DNA from: Moorena sp. SIO3A2
GTDB lineage: Bacteria; Cyanobacteriota; Cyanobacteriia; Cyanobacteriales; Coleofasciculaceae
Length of the DNA stretch: 54,642 nucleotides
Assembly (NCBI RefSeq): GCF_010672265.1
Contig: NZ_JAAHHC010000004.1
Span: 70,161 to 124,802, forward strand
Reading direction: 5' to 3'
Below are positions 29,922-41,446 of the stretch, piece by piece. Positions within the stretch are counted from its first letter, which is position 1. The number at the start of each line of letters is the position of its first letter. The translations under genes were made by a program, and so were the position numbers. Below the pieces are notes generated by a model. It made no database searches, was not told the DNA's origin, and saw only the letters and a program-made list of their open reading frames with translations.

Positions 29922-32052
29922 AGGAATAGGTTAGTAAAAATACAGATGATGGTTGATTTTAACACTTCGACGGGGTATAAACGGAACAGATGAGTCAATG
30001 TTGTGGTTGCCTTTCCCTGATGCCACCCCCAGGGTAAGCGCCAGAAAAAATTGCCCATAATGTGCATTGGCTGGATATCGGTTGATCGTGGCTCGAAACC
30101 CCTATAATCTCGTAGAACTTGATTCTCAATAGAGTTTAATAGTTGATAATGAACCCAGTTTTTTCTCAATAAGCTACAGCTTATTGATTCTTGCGCTTAC
30201 CCTGATGCCACCCCCCTTGTTCAACTATCACAATCTCTATGACGTCATAAAGCCAAGACGATCGGCAAGAGGGAGGGCGTTGCTGATTCATGCAATGATT
30301 GAAGGTAATTGGGAATTGGGAATTGGGAATTGGTCACTGACCCGACTACACTTGACGGAGTTCCTTAGTTCAGTAACCCTAGAGGGAGAATAGACCCGAA
30401 GAGGGGACAGAGGGGGCAGATTGACCATGATATTTGTCACAAAAATTTACATTGGGGGTGGAGCAAGATTTAGTAAACATATAGTAAAGATTTGATTAAA
30501 GTTATCTTTAAGTTGAGCAGGGTGACATATAGGTCCTAGATTTCCTTCTCAGCTTACTCAAGATTACGTGAAGATTGTGTGAAATTTGCGTAAATTTGGT
30601 AATTTTGTGAAGAAAATATGAACAAAATGTGAATGTAGAAAAGAAATGTGAGTTTTCGCTTGACAATTACCCCTTGAATTTACTAGATTTCCTTTTGTAG
30701 ATGAACAAAGTTTCAGGTTCAAGATCATCGGCGTGAAATATAACTTCATCAACCTGACAGCCAAACCAATCCAATTTTGGATTTGTCTTTTTTGAAAGAA
30801 TCAAAGAGGGTAACTATGCTCAAGAAGCTTGATTTTATTGTTTCAGCTCACTCGGCCAGCTTTTTGAATAGAACTTGTAACTACTTCAGGTTAGACGCCA
30901 TCGCCGTTATGGAGCTAAGGCTGAGTAGATATACTCAAATCGTTCAGCTCAGCAGTTAGCCACACAGAAACTCTAGATAAAAACTCTATAATATTGGTAA
31001 ATTCAGGTGCTCATCTGTTTCGGTGTCTAGGTGTTTGGGGATTTACTCCAGACAACATAAAATTTTTCTGTCTAAAGACAGAGGAATTTAAAGAGGGTTT
31101 GTATTTTTTGTTGTTGTAACTGGCCTGAAATAGGATCAATATTTCACGCTCATCTGCGCTTACTCTATGTAGGCAAGCCTCTGGTATTGTGAAAAATTAG
31201 GTGTAACATTAGGTGTCACAACAGCATCAACTTTGAAAAAATCATCCGACAGACTCATGAACATACCATTAGGAAAGCGGAAGCCATCGCCGCGTTCTCT
31301 AATCCAGCTTTTTACTAAGAGGTTTTCAGGGGTGCTTAGCAAATTGAACCTAAAAGCAGTAGGTTTAAATCCCACTGACGACCCTAGCCATAGCTGGCAG
31401 TGCTGTGGGTTAACTATCTCGAACCGATTGCTGAGGGTTCTTACATCTGACACCTCCGACACTGGTGTTGGCACTGAAGGCATTGAACACGATAGCAGCT
31501 TCCGGAATGATGTGCTATCGTCAAACGTATCAGTCTCGGTGGGAGCAAAAAAGGGGGCAATCAGCTTACTGCAAGGGATGTTCAATCTCCTGAAAGTATT
31601 TTGTGACATAACTGCAATCACTGAGCTGCCCACATTACAAGGGACTCATATGGGGCTGATTGGGAAAACTCAACCCCACTGGCAAGTATTTAGATTGGTA
31701 ATCGATCTCAAACTCAAGTCGGTTCTACTCCAGCAGTTGTTAAATCGATTGTGGCCAATGATCATGGTGGAATATGTTGAGTGAGTGAGCCTCAACATAT
31801 TCCACCGATTAATCCTTGGGTTGAGAGTTTGTTATTGTCCCCCACGCTAGTTTGTAGTAGCTTAAGTGTTTATACAAAGCGTGTTTATACAAAGTTTAGA
31901 CAAACAACTATGAGCTAAAAGCCCATAGTCAGCTACGTGGTTCAATTGCAATAATCCAAAACCTGTTCCAAGGCTTAATTATTACCCCGGTGAACTGGCA
32001 ACTTCCCTTTGCCAGTTGGGTATAGACCATTACATGATGTCGTTAATTCTGG

Positions 32053-32367
32053 GTGACTACCATGGCCAAAAAATTACTCTCAATAACTAGTAGACCATCA
32101 ACTAGTAGAACATCTCAACCAACGTCAACCTCTACGAGCTCTGAACAAGTCATGAATAATGAGCAGCTTAACCAGGTCGTAGAAGCTATCATCGCGGGCA
32201 AGTATTCTTGGGCTTGTGTGTTAGTTCTGCGTTTTTCTGGTTACAACCCCCTCCATTACATCCCTTACCGAACCTACAATCGCTTAATCAAAGAAAATAG
32301 TCAATCTGGTAAGCATCCAGTTGGCAAAACCCCTGTCTCACAATCACAGGTTGTTAGTAAGGTCTAG
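32053..32367 (+). CDS. HetP-like protein, 104 aa (copy 1)
   Basis: conserved HetP-family core [38 protein letters not shown]. Confidence 0.6.
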   Translation: MTTMAKKLLSITSRPSTSRTSQPTSTSTSSEQVMNNEQLNQVVEAIIAGKYSWACVLVLRFSGYNPLHYIPYRTYNRLIKENSQSGKHPVGKTPVSQSQVVSKV

Positions 32368-32801
32368 TCAGGGTTAGGGAAAGTTGGGAGATTCATCAAG
32401 TCTGAAGTTAACCACCTGCCTAGGTCAGTTTGATTGATTATTGATGCAGAGCCTAGTTTTCAACGTCTTCCCGTTTAATCTGTTGAACTGCACTCGCATC
32501 AACCGCACTATCTGCTTAGATCTAGCTGACATCTATTGGCTTGATGAGCTGGCTGATGACTTGACCTCCTATCTCCCTTTCCCCAACCCTTATGGGTTTA
32601 CTTTACACCAGATGCTCTAGGGGGAATTTAAAGTTTCGATGAAGTTTACTTAAAGTATTTGTGAATTTTTTGTGAATTATTGGTAACTAGCCGGTTAATG
32701 ACTTGACAAAAACTAAGTTATTAGATAAATAAATGTAGTTCATTATAAATGGTTAATTGTAAATGGTTAATTGTTAAAAATCAATTTTCAATGTTTAACA
32801 T

Positions 32802-35800
32802 ATGAAGAATATAATCAGGGATTCAGCAGAGCCTAGTAAACCACCGTCTTCTATCAACCCAGACCCTGCTAGCAATTTATCAGTGGTGCTTCAAAGCTTG
32901 ACCCTAGACTCAGTCGATCCAAAGCTCAACTACGAATTTAGTCAATCATTTGACCTTGATCACTTCCAGCTAGGGGATAAAATCCTTGCCTATACTAAAC
33001 CAGAGCTATCCCAAGATTCTGTTGAGATTGAACAAGATCACCAATATCTTTACCTAGTTTGTCAGGGTCGGGTACGACTACTAGGCTTTGATGCTGAAAA
33101 ACAGCGGGAGGTTTCCATACAGGTACTCGAAGAAGGGGAAACTTTTGGTGCCTATGATCTCTTAGGTAGTCTATCCTATCCTTACAGAGCGATCGCAGCG
33201 AGTTCAGGACAAGTTGCTCGTATTTCCCTAAATCAACTCTTGCCTTGGTTGGAACGGTTGCCAAAGTGGTCGGAAATCCTGGGGAAACAAGCCCAGCACC
33301 GGCAATGCCTAATTTTCTTCAAGACTTTGACCAATTTGCGATCGCTTAACGGTGTTACCATAAATCAACTGTTGCCCTACATCGTAGAAACACGCATTGA
33401 GGCTGGGGAGTCTCTGGTGTCCTCTTCCCAAGCTGGTCATTGCTGGCTACGTAGTGGTCAAATGGGAACGCCAGAAGGAACAGAGGCAAATTCCTCTGCT
33501 CCATTTCCTAGCATCGGAGAAAGTTGGGGATATCCGATGCCAGTACCCACAGATTGGATTGCCCAAACTGATGTATTGCTTTACCAGCTGCCTCAAGAGC
33601 ATTGGCAAGCGGCTTGCGCGATCGCACCAGTTTTGGCTAACTCCACCGAGTCACCGGATCAGGAGAACAGGCAAAGTGCTAAAAATGGTGACGGTAAATC
33701 TCCATCGGATCAAGGCGTAGTTAACAAGACCCATACTCCGTCACCACATGCAAACCAGACTAGAGCACGACCGACTCGGCGAGTTTTAGAAACTCCTAAG
33801 CAACAAACGCCCCTTGAACCCAGTCAGTCAGAAAGCTTTGATTTTCCCAAACCAGCAAAGCCGGGTGGGAGATTCCTAAGGTTTTGGCAGCGCTATCCTT
33901 TTATTGAGCAGCAAGCTTCTTCTGATTGTGGTGCTGCCTGCTTAGCCATGATTGGGCAGTATTGGGGCAAACGCTTTGCTCTCAACTCCCTGCGGGAACT
34001 GGCGGGAGTGGGTCGTTCTGGTTCATCCCTCAAAGGTTTAGCTAAAGCAGCGGAAAGTTTAGGGTTTCAAGCTAGTCCAGTCAGGGCTTCTTTAGGTCGC
34101 TTAGCGGATCGGAGTAATCCTTGGATTGCTCACTGGCAAGGAGATCACTATATTGTTGTCTACCAGGTAAAGGGTAATAAGGTACTCGTTGCCGATCCAG
34201 CAGTGGGGAAGCGATCGCTTGCTCGCAAAGACTTTCTCCAAAGTTGGACTGGGTATGCCATGCTATTGGATCCAACTCCCCAACTAGCAATTACTCCCAG
34301 CGACAAACGTTCTTTAGGGCCGTTTTGGGGATTGCTATGGCCCCATCGCTCAGTCCTGCTGCAAATTATCTTGGCTACCCTCATCCTTCAGGTTTTTGGT
34401 CTGATTACTCCCTTATTTACCCAGATCATTCTTGACCGGGTGATTATTAACAGAAGCCTTGTCACTCTCAATGTCTTCTCCATTGGTCTAATCATCTTTG
34501 GCCTTTGGACGATTGGGGTTAGTCTCACCAGACGCTACTTGCTGGACTACTTTTCCAATCGGCTTAGTCTCACCTTCGTCAGTGGCTTCATTAACCATAC
34601 CCTGACCTTACCCCTGAAGTTTTTTGAATCCCGCCAGGTGGGGGATATCCTGACCCGAATTCAGGAAACTGGAAAAATTCAGGGTTTTATAACTCAGCAA
34701 GCGATTGCGACTTGGCTAGATGTGGTGATGGTGTTTGTCTATATTGGACTAATGCTCTACTACAATTGGCGCTTAACCTTGCTGGTGCTGGCAACGATTT
34801 TCCCCATCGCCATCTTGACTGTGATTGCCAGTCCCTTTCTACGCCAGGTGTCCAGGGAAATCTTTAAAGAAGCAGCCCAACAAAATTCTATGTTAGTGGA
34901 AATGATGTCAGGGGTTGCTACTGTGAAAACGGCGGCTTCGGAACAAGAAGTGCGCTGGCGCTGGGAAGATCGCCTCACCAATCAGTTGAATGTACAATTT
35001 AAAGGTAGAAACCTGGCTAACGGGTTAGGGTCAATTAGTTCTCTAATTAATACTCTCAGCAGCACCGCTTTGCTTTGGTTTGGCGCTAGCTTAGTAATTA
35101 ATGAGCAGCTTACTATCGGTCAGTATGTCGCGTTTAATATGCTCATTGGCCGAGTCACTGGTCCGATTTTGGCTCTAGTGAATCTTTGGGATGAGTTTCA
35201 AGAAATCTTGGTGTCTGTAGAACGGCTTAATGATGTCTTATCTGCTAAGCCAGAGGAGAATCCTCAAGAACCAATGTTGGTTCTACCTGAGATTAAGGGT
35301 GATGTAATATTGGAAGATGTTACCTTCCGATACTCCGAGGATGAGGATCGCAATATCCTACAGAATATTTCCCTACAGATTAGGGCTGGAGAAACCATTG
35401 CTCTAGTGGGGCGCAGTGGCTCTGGCAAGAGTACCTTGGTGAAGCTACTGCAAGGTCTCTATCATCCGACTAATGGTCGTATTTTGATAGATGGACACGA
35501 TATCCGCCATATTTCCCCCCAATCTTTGCGTTCTCAAATGGGTGTGGTACCCCAAGAATGTTTCTTGTTCTCGGGGACAATTGTCGAAAATATCACTCTC
35601 TACCGACCGGATTTCAGCCTGGATGAAGCCGTAGAGGTAGCCAAACTAGCAGAAGCTCATGCTTTTATTCAAGGTATGACTTTGGGATATAATACAAAAG
35701 TAGGAGAGCGAGGCTCTACCCTTTCTGGTGGACAGCGACAAAGGATTGCCATAGCCCGAGCCCTATTGGGCAACCCCAAGATTCTGATTCTGGATGAAGC

Positions 35801-36029
35801 GACTAGCTCCCTAGATACAGAATCCGAGCGCCGCTTTCAACAAAACTTAGCTCGCATTAGTCGCGATCGCACTACCTTCATCATCGCCCACCGCCTCTCT
35901 ACAGTGCGCAATGCTGACTGCATCCTTGTCCTAGACCGAGGTGTTCTGGTCGAGAAAGGCAACCATCAGGAACTCATGGATCGTCAAGGTCTTTACTATC
36001 ATCTAGCACAGCAGCAGCTAGATCTTTAA
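32802..36029 (+). CDS. HetC-like ABC exporter: N-terminal cNMP-binding-like domain + peptidase C39 (double-glycine leader peptidase) + 6-TM domain + ABC ATPase, 1075 aa (cassette 1)
   Basis: C39 triad QASSDCGAAC…HYIVVY…D; Walker A GRSGSGKST, signature LSGGQRQRIAIARAL, Walker B ILILDEATS; N-terminal beta-roll-like …LYLVCQGRVRLLGF…GETFGAYDLL…. Confidence 0.9.
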   Translation: MKNIIRDSAEPSKPPSSINPDPASNLSVVLQSLTLDSVDPKLNYEFSQSFDLDHFQLGDKILAYTKPELSQDSVEIEQDHQYLYLVCQGRVRLLGFDAEKQREVSIQVLEEGETFGAYDLLGSLSYPYRAIAASSGQVARISLNQLLPWLERLPKWSEILGKQAQHRQCLIFFKTLTNLRSLNGVTINQLLPYIVETRIEAGESLVSSSQAGHCWLRSGQMGTPEGTEANSSAPFPSIGESWGYPMPVPTDWIAQTDVLLYQLPQEHWQAACAIAPVLANSTESPDQENRQSAKNGDGKSPSDQGVVNKTHTPSPHANQTRARPTRRVLETPKQQTPLEPSQSESFDFPKPAKPGGRFLRFWQRYPFIEQQASSDCGAACLAMIGQYWGKRFALNSLRELAGVGRSGSSLKGLAKAAESLGFQASPVRASLGRLADRSNPWIAHWQGDHYIVVYQVKGNKVLVADPAVGKRSLARKDFLQSWTGYAMLLDPTPQLAITPSDKRSLGPFWGLLWPHRSVLLQIILATLILQVFGLITPLFTQIILDRVIINRSLVTLNVFSIGLIIFGLWTIGVSLTRRYLLDYFSNRLSLTFVSGFINHTLTLPLKFFESRQVGDILTRIQETGKIQGFITQQAIATWLDVVMVFVYIGLMLYYNWRLTLLVLATIFPIAILTVIASPFLRQVSREIFKEAAQQNSMLVEMMSGVATVKTAASEQEVRWRWEDRLTNQLNVQFKGRNLANGLGSISSLINTLSSTALLWFGASLVINEQLTIGQYVAFNMLIGRVTGPILALVNLWDEFQEILVSVERLNDVLSAKPEENPQEPMLVLPEIKGDVILEDVTFRYSEDEDRNILQNISLQIRAGETIALVGRSGSGKSTLVKLLQGLYHPTNGRILIDGHDIRHISPQSLRSQMGVVPQECFLFSGTIVENITLYRPDFSLDEAVEVAKLAEAHAFIQGMTLGYNTKVGERGSTLSGGQRQRIAIARALLGNPKILILDEATSSLDTESERRFQQNLARISRDRTTFIIAHRLSTVRNADCILVLDRGVLVEKGNHQELMDRQGLYYHLAQQQLDL

Positions 36030-36330
36030 TAGATCGTTAACAAGTGCTCATTAGTCATTAGTTATTAGTTATTAGTTATTTAGTCATTAGTCATTTGTAA
36101 ATCCCCATAGACCCTGGTTAGTCACAAAGGACTAATGACTAAGAAAATTTGAAGCTACCTATGACTATATCAAACTATGTAAAAATTTGCCAATTTGGCA
36201 ACACAGTCATGTGAAAAGGACTAATGACTAATGACTAATAATTAATGAAATTTGAAGCTAGCTATCACTATGTCAAGCTTTGTAAAAAGCTGCCAAAAAT
36301 CTGCCAATTTAGCAACATACTCAGATGAAA
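36030..36330. repeat. heptamer repeats (TAGTTAT) followed by two ~95-bp direct repeats each carrying GCCAATTTGGCAACA / GCCAATTTAGCAACA motif
   Basis: visible; the homologous ABC-HlyD spacer in cassette 2 is only 170 bp. Confidence 0.75.
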
Positions 36331-36833
36331 TTGATCTTTTATCAGAAAAGTGGAAAAGCCCTGTGTGAATATAAGGGGATGAAAACGTGTTCAGATATGG
36401 CTCCACACCCATTTCGTAACCACCGTTTAGAATCCCCTGAGAATTCTCCATGACGCACACTCACCGGAGAGTTTAATTCCAATTCCTTTGTTTAATTCAT
36501 TCCCATGCACCCCACTAAAGGTGAGACGCAGGTAACTTGGAGAGCCTAACCCTAGGGTCAGTCCTGCTCAAGTCCACACCTCACAGCGTGCTCAGGCAAT
36601 AGGTTTGACCGACCGACGGCTACTTAAAGGGGAAGGGTTTAAGTTCTGATCTCGGGGTGCATTGAAGCTATCTGAAAAAGGGGCAAGTAGAGTCAGGTAA
36701 TGCCAAAGATTTCGGCCTGCCCAACAATACCAAACTCACCCCGGGAAGCTAAGGGCAGCACGAGAATTGGTCGCTTTCTTTCCCAAAACATTGGTCATTT
36801 CCCTAAAATGTTAATTTAGCGTGATCTACCACC

Positions 36834-38435
36834 ATGACACAAGCAAAACCAATCAACTCCCCACCTGAGGCGGCTACGAGTCGTCAGGGTAACGTCGTTT
36901 TAATGCCATCAGGTCGCCTGAGACCTGATTATGACCAAGAGCCAGGCTCACCCAGCACAGAGGTAGGAAGCAATACTGCCAATGCTCCTAGTACGTCCAA
37001 ATGGTCAACCTCGATACAAACTACCCTCGACCAGCCTCCGGCGAACCTTCCCCGGCTCTTGATGTTGGGTGGATTAAGCTTCTGTACGATATTTGTGGCT
37101 TGGGCAACGTTTGGGCAGATTGATGAAGTCGGTAAAGCTCATGGAAGCTTAGTGCCAAAAGGCGACGTTTATAAAGTTGACCCGATTGAGCCAGGCAAGA
37201 TTGCTAGTATTAAGGTCAAAGAAGGGCAAGCGGTTAAAGCTGGGGAAGTCTTGGTGGAACTGGATACAGAGCTTGCCACTCAGGAAGTAGAACGTTTAGA
37301 GAAAGTTCTTAATGCAGACCGGATTAGGTTAGTTCAGATGCAAGGACTGCTTGAAAGAACCCGTCTAGAAGTAGAAACTCGTGAGCAGATTACCCAAGCA
37401 GAAGTTCAAGCACAACAAGCTTCGATCGCACGAGCACAAGCTAGTGCATCGGCAATTAGACAACAAATCATTCAACATCAGTTAGCTAAAGCTGCTAATC
37501 GCGAACGATTACAACGGATGAAGCTGGTGCAGGCGACAGCCCAAGAACTGCTCCAGCAACGGCGGGCTAATGTAGTGGCTCTCAAGGAACGACTCGATAA
37601 CCTTAAGCCTCTGTTGGCAGAAGGAGCAATCTCGAAAGAACAGGTATTTCAAGCAGAACAAAGCTTTCGTGCTAGCCAAAGTGCTGTTACCGAAAGCAAA
37701 CTGCAAGAGGGTTTGAGTACTCGCGAACAGATCTTTCAAGCTCAGCAAAGTATACGCGATCGCGAAGCGGCGACTAGCCAAAGCCGAGGTGAGCTACAAC
37801 AAACTTTAGCAGAAATTAAGCGACTAGAGGCAGAATTAGAGCATCGGCAAGCAACGGGACGCACCACTCGCCTGGAAGCACAGCAGAAAATTCAACAGTT
37901 GGAAGTGGAACTGACCCAAATCAAAGCTAGAATTTCTGAAAATGAAACCCTGGTTACTACTGCTAAAACCAGGCTCAAACAGAAGTTTCTCAAAGCGCCA
38001 GTGGATGGGATAATATCTTCCCTCAACATTGGTAATGCTGGTGAAGTCGTGCAACCGGGACGTAGCATCGCCGAAATCGCTCCTCAAGGTGCCCCCTTAG
38101 TGCTATCCGCAAGTTTGCCTACTCGCGAGGCAGGGTTTATTAACGAAGGAATGGCGGTGCAAGTGAAATTTGATGCCTATCCCTATCAGGATTACGGCAT
38201 CATCAAAGGCACGGTGATTTCCATCTCTTCCGATGCTAAAGCCGATCAAGTAATGGGTTCAGTCTATAAGGTGAAAGTGTCCCTCGACCGTGACTATGTG
38301 ATTGAAGAGGATGAAATCATCCGGTTTAAGGCTGGTCAAACCGCCAATGCTGACATCATCATCCGCCGCCGTCGGATTATCGATTTCTTATTGGATCCGA
38401 TGCGACAACTGCAAAAAAGCGGCATCGATCTATAG
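36834..38435 (+). CDS. HlyD-family membrane-fusion (periplasmic adaptor) protein, 533 aa (cassette 1)
   Basis: N-terminal TM, biotinyl/lipoyl-like hairpin, long coiled coil, C-terminal beta-domain …IIIRRRRIIDFLLDP…. Confidence 0.85.
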   Translation: MTQAKPINSPPEAATSRQGNVVLMPSGRLRPDYDQEPGSPSTEVGSNTANAPSTSKWSTSIQTTLDQPPANLPRLLMLGGLSFCTIFVAWATFGQIDEVGKAHGSLVPKGDVYKVDPIEPGKIASIKVKEGQAVKAGEVLVELDTELATQEVERLEKVLNADRIRLVQMQGLLERTRLEVETREQITQAEVQAQQASIARAQASASAIRQQIIQHQLAKAANRERLQRMKLVQATAQELLQQRRANVVALKERLDNLKPLLAEGAISKEQVFQAEQSFRASQSAVTESKLQEGLSTREQIFQAQQSIRDREAATSQSRGELQQTLAEIKRLEAELEHRQATGRTTRLEAQQKIQQLEVELTQIKARISENETLVTTAKTRLKQKFLKAPVDGIISSLNIGNAGEVVQPGRSIAEIAPQGAPLVLSASLPTREAGFINEGMAVQVKFDAYPYQDYGIIKGTVISISSDAKADQVMGSVYKVKVSLDRDYVIEEDEIIRFKAGQTANADIIIRRRRIIDFLLDPMRQLQKSGIDL

Positions 38436-38607
38436 TGCTCTGTTCTCAAATCACTTTCATCACTGACTGATCGTTTTCCGTTGACGGTTAACAGTTGACC
38501 GTTAATTTTTAGTAGTCAACTTGCTAGTAATTCCTTGAAATCTGCAAGTTAACTGCACCCCAGCTTATAAACTATTGACCTTTAGACTTACAGGATAAGA
38601 AATAACC

Positions 38608-39042
38608 ATGACCTATCGTATTCCTTCTGCCAATACCAAGCTCGACAAAATGATGGATATTGATAAGTTTAGCGAGATCGAGGAAGCCATCCTTGATGGC
38701 AAATATTCTTGGGCTTGTGTGTTAATGCTACGCTTGGCAGGCCATAACCCCCTAGACTACATGCCTTCTAGAACCTACAGCCGCTTGCTCAAACAAAACC
38801 GGGACATGATCTTACAGAAGCAAGCTAGTATGATGACCAATAGCAATAAAGTCTTGAATGCACGGCAGCGTTTGAGCCAGATCAAAGATCTGGCTTATGT
38901 AGAGACCCTTGGCAAGAAAACTTCACAGGTCCACGGTGGCGATCAAGAACAGTGCTTAATCACTGAACTGGAAGAAGAGGAATCCATCCTCAAGAAGTTA
39001 ACCGATTATTTACGGCAAGACTGTTTGGTTTCCCTGTGGTGA
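38608..39042 (+). CDS. HetP-like protein, 144 aa (copy 2)
   Basis: [38 protein letters not shown]. Confidence 0.6.
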   Translation: MTYRIPSANTKLDKMMDIDKFSEIEEAILDGKYSWACVLMLRLAGHNPLDYMPSRTYSRLLKQNRDMILQKQASMMTNSNKVLNARQRLSQIKDLAYVETLGKKTSQVHGGDQEQCLITELEEEESILKKLTDYLRQDCLVSLW

Positions 39043-39519
39043 GCAGGTATAATCATTTTCCTACCCATCCTCCTTGTCATTACCAGCCACTGCTTACCAC
39101 CACACCAGATCAGACTAAGCCTGTGGTCAAAGTAATTCATTAATAACCGCCTTGTCCATTAGGTGCGCTTTTCGTTGGCGAATTAAATTCGCCACGGGTC
39201 GCACCTGTTGATGGACGAGGCGTTTTTTTATCTGATCACAGACCGGAATGAAACAGCCCTAGTAAAAACAGCCCTAGTACTCTGTCAATTTAGTTTTGAG
39301 GGTGAGGGCTAGGTGGCACGGTTAATGGTTAAGCGGGCCTAATCTAAGGGTTTAAGCGTGGCTAATCCCTAGTTAACCTAAGTTCGACGTAACCCTGAAA
39401 GCCTTAATCTAGCCTAGTTGCCCAACCCTTGTATTCCTTAGTCTTTCCTCAAGCGATCGCTTATATCGAACTCAGGTTATACCAATTCTTAGCGCTCACA
39501 CGGCTACACATTATTAATT

Positions 39520-39615
39520 TCATCTCCCCATCTCCCCATCTCCCCATCTCCCGATCTCCCCACACGCCCCCTCTCCTCACACTTCCCACACTCCCTGCTC
39601 CCTGCTCCCTGTTCC
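39520..39615. repeat. heptamer tandem repeats (ATCTCCC x4; CTCCCTG x3)
   Basis: visible. Confidence 0.85.
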
Positions 39616-39671
39616 GGTGATCCGCTGTTCCCTTTGCTATTAACTAATGACTGGACATAGCACGGACTTTA

Positions 39672-40005
39672 GCACTTACTTTAGTTGTGGGAGGATTCAA
39701 CCATCAATCTCAAGCCAAAGTGGCGTTCATATTTTTAATTAGATTTGATATAATAACCGGTTCATTACTAATAATTTACTTCACTAAAACCCCATCAACC
39801 TTACCCATCTCTTTGAACTAATTCAGAATCGGTTACTAGTCACTCTTTAGTTGTGGGAGGAGTCAAGCATCAATCTCAAGCCAAAGTGGCGTTCATTTTT
39901 TTTTATATTAGATATAATGACCAGTTTATTCCTAAGAATTTACTTGACTAAAACCCCAGAAATATTACCAATCTATTTGAACTAATCCAGAATTGGTTAC
40001 TGCTG
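39672..40005. repeat. two ~165-bp direct repeats, each with AGCCAAAGTGGCGTTCA motif and AT-rich -10-like tract
   Basis: 39672-39835 vs 39842-40005, ~80% identical. Confidence 0.8.
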
Positions 40006-40054
40006 ACTACATCCTTTTAGTAAATCCAGTGATTTTCAAAAAATAAAAGCTTGA

Positions 40055-40071
40055 AGCCAAATTGGCGAGAC
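40055..40071 (+). promoter_or_regulatory. GCCAAATTGGCGAGACA motif (near-palindrome + -35-like GAGACA) 108 bp upstream of first family-A precursor gene
   Basis: same motif family as 53251-53280 etc. Confidence 0.45.
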
Positions 40072-40162
40072 ATGCCTAGGGGAATATGGATATAGTTATA
40101 TCAACAGCTAAAACAAAGCTGCTCCACAGAAATAAAATCAACAACAAAGAAGGAGAAAATCA

Positions 40163-40495
40163 ATGCTTATTTCTGACTTAAACCATCTAGAATCCGTTGA
40201 GGCTAGCCAAGTTCAAGGTGGTACTACTATTGCTGGAATCCAATTCGACAACAATGTCACCAGCGTTTTCAACACCACCAGCACCATCACCGAAACTGAA
40301 GTTTTCAATACCAGCATTACTTCTAGCGTAGACATTAATGGTATTACCGCTTCAGGTGGTACTACATCTGAAGGTTCTAGCGATCAAGGTAATAACGTTG
40401 CTACTAAGCAAGAAAGCGTCTTCATCACTATTGAGCAAGGTGGCGTAACTGGTTCCAAGTCTGTAGGTCTTGGCTTCTCTGGAATCAGCCGTTAG
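40163..40495 (+). CDS. double-glycine-leader precursor peptide, family A copy 1 (110 aa; leader MLISDLNHLESVEASQVQGG, 90-aa Cys-free S/T/N/G-rich core)
   Basis: strong RBS AAGGAGAAAATCAATG; leader has hydrophobics at -4,-7,-12,-15 and GG at -2,-1; adjacent to C39-ABC/HlyD. Confidence 0.65.
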   Translation: MLISDLNHLESVEASQVQGGTTIAGIQFDNNVTSVFNTTSTITETEVFNTSITSSVDINGITASGGTTSEGSSDQGNNVATKQESVFITIEQGGVTGSKSVGLGFSGISR

Positions 40496-40573
40496 TAATT
40501 AATCACGAAAAGTTTCTGATTAATTAGTTTCTAAACCTCGATTCATCATCAACAACCAACAAGGAGAAAATCA

Positions 40574-40909
40574 ATGCTTATTTCTGACTTAAATCATCTA
40601 GAATCCGTTGAGGCTAGCCAAGTTCAAGGTGGTACTACTATTGCTGGAATCACATTCAACAACAATGTCACCAGCGTTTTCAACACCACCAGCACCATCA
40701 CCGAAACTGAAGTTTTCGATACCAGCATTACCTCTAGCGTAGACATTAATGGTATTACCGCTTCAGGTGGTACTACATCTGAAGGTTCTAGCGATGCAGG
40801 TAATAACGTTGCTACTAAGCAAGAAAGCGTCTTCATCACTATTGAGCAAGGTGGAGTAACTGGTTCCAAGTCCGTAGGTATTGGCTTCTCTGGAATCAGC
40901 CGTCATTAA
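40574..40909 (+). CDS. double-glycine-leader precursor peptide, family A copy 2 (111 aa)
   Basis: ~95% identical to copy 1; same RBS. Confidence 0.65.
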   Translation: MLISDLNHLESVEASQVQGGTTIAGITFNNNVTSVFNTTSTITETEVFDTSITSSVDINGITASGGTTSEGSSDAGNNVATKQESVFITIEQGGVTGSKSVGIGFSGISRH

Positions 40910-41113
40910 TTAATCAGGACAAGTTACTAATTAAGTAATTTGTAAACCTCGATTCATTATTCAGGGTAAACGCATCTTATTTTGAAATGCCTACTGGATA
41001 TGAGATTCATATGATAAGTATTTTAACTTATTAAGTTTGAAATCTTTTCTGAGTAACGTTTCTATAATTTAGATGGGTTTGCCCATTATTAACAATAAAA
41101 AAGGAGAAAATCA

Positions 41114-41446
41114 ATGCTTATTTCTGATCTAAACCATCTAGAATCCGTTGACGCTAGCCAAGTTCAAGGTGGTACTACTATTGCTGGAATCACATTCAAC
41201 AACAATGTCACCAGCGTTTTCAACACCACCAGCACCATCACCGAAACTGAAGTTTTCAATACCAGCATTATCTCTCGTGTAGACATTAATGGTATTACCG
41301 CTTCAGGTGGTGTTACATCTGAAGCTTCTAGCGATAAAGGTAATAACGTTGCTACTAAGCAAGAAAGCGTCTTCATCACTATTGAGCAAGGTGGAGTAAC
41401 TGGTTCCAAGTCTGTAGGTATTGGCTTCTCTGCTATCAGCCGTTAG
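41114..41446 (+). CDS. double-glycine-leader precursor peptide, family A copy 3 (110 aa)
   Basis: same leader (…SVDASQVQGG), same RBS. Confidence 0.65.
   Translation: MLISDLNHLESVDASQVQGGTTIAGITFNNNVTSVFNTTSTITETEVFNTSIISRVDINGITASGGVTSEASSDKGNNVATKQESVFITIEQGGVTGSKSVGIGFSAISR

Noticed and set aside
29677-29934. ORF 29677-29934 (+)
   Set aside because: Antisense to the PsiE-like membrane protein gene. The hydrophobic mirror-image frame is a common artefact.
31160-31784. Overlapping ORFs on opposite strands (31233-31784 +, TTG start; 31160-31633 -, GTG start)
   Set aside because: Neither has an ATG start, an RBS or a recognisable family. I cannot decide which strand, if any, is coding, so I left it unannotated. 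A 16-bp perfect inverted repeat (GGTGGAATATGTTGAG…CTCAACATATTCCACC, 31765-31805) at the end of the + ORF suggests the region may be a structured non-coding element instead.
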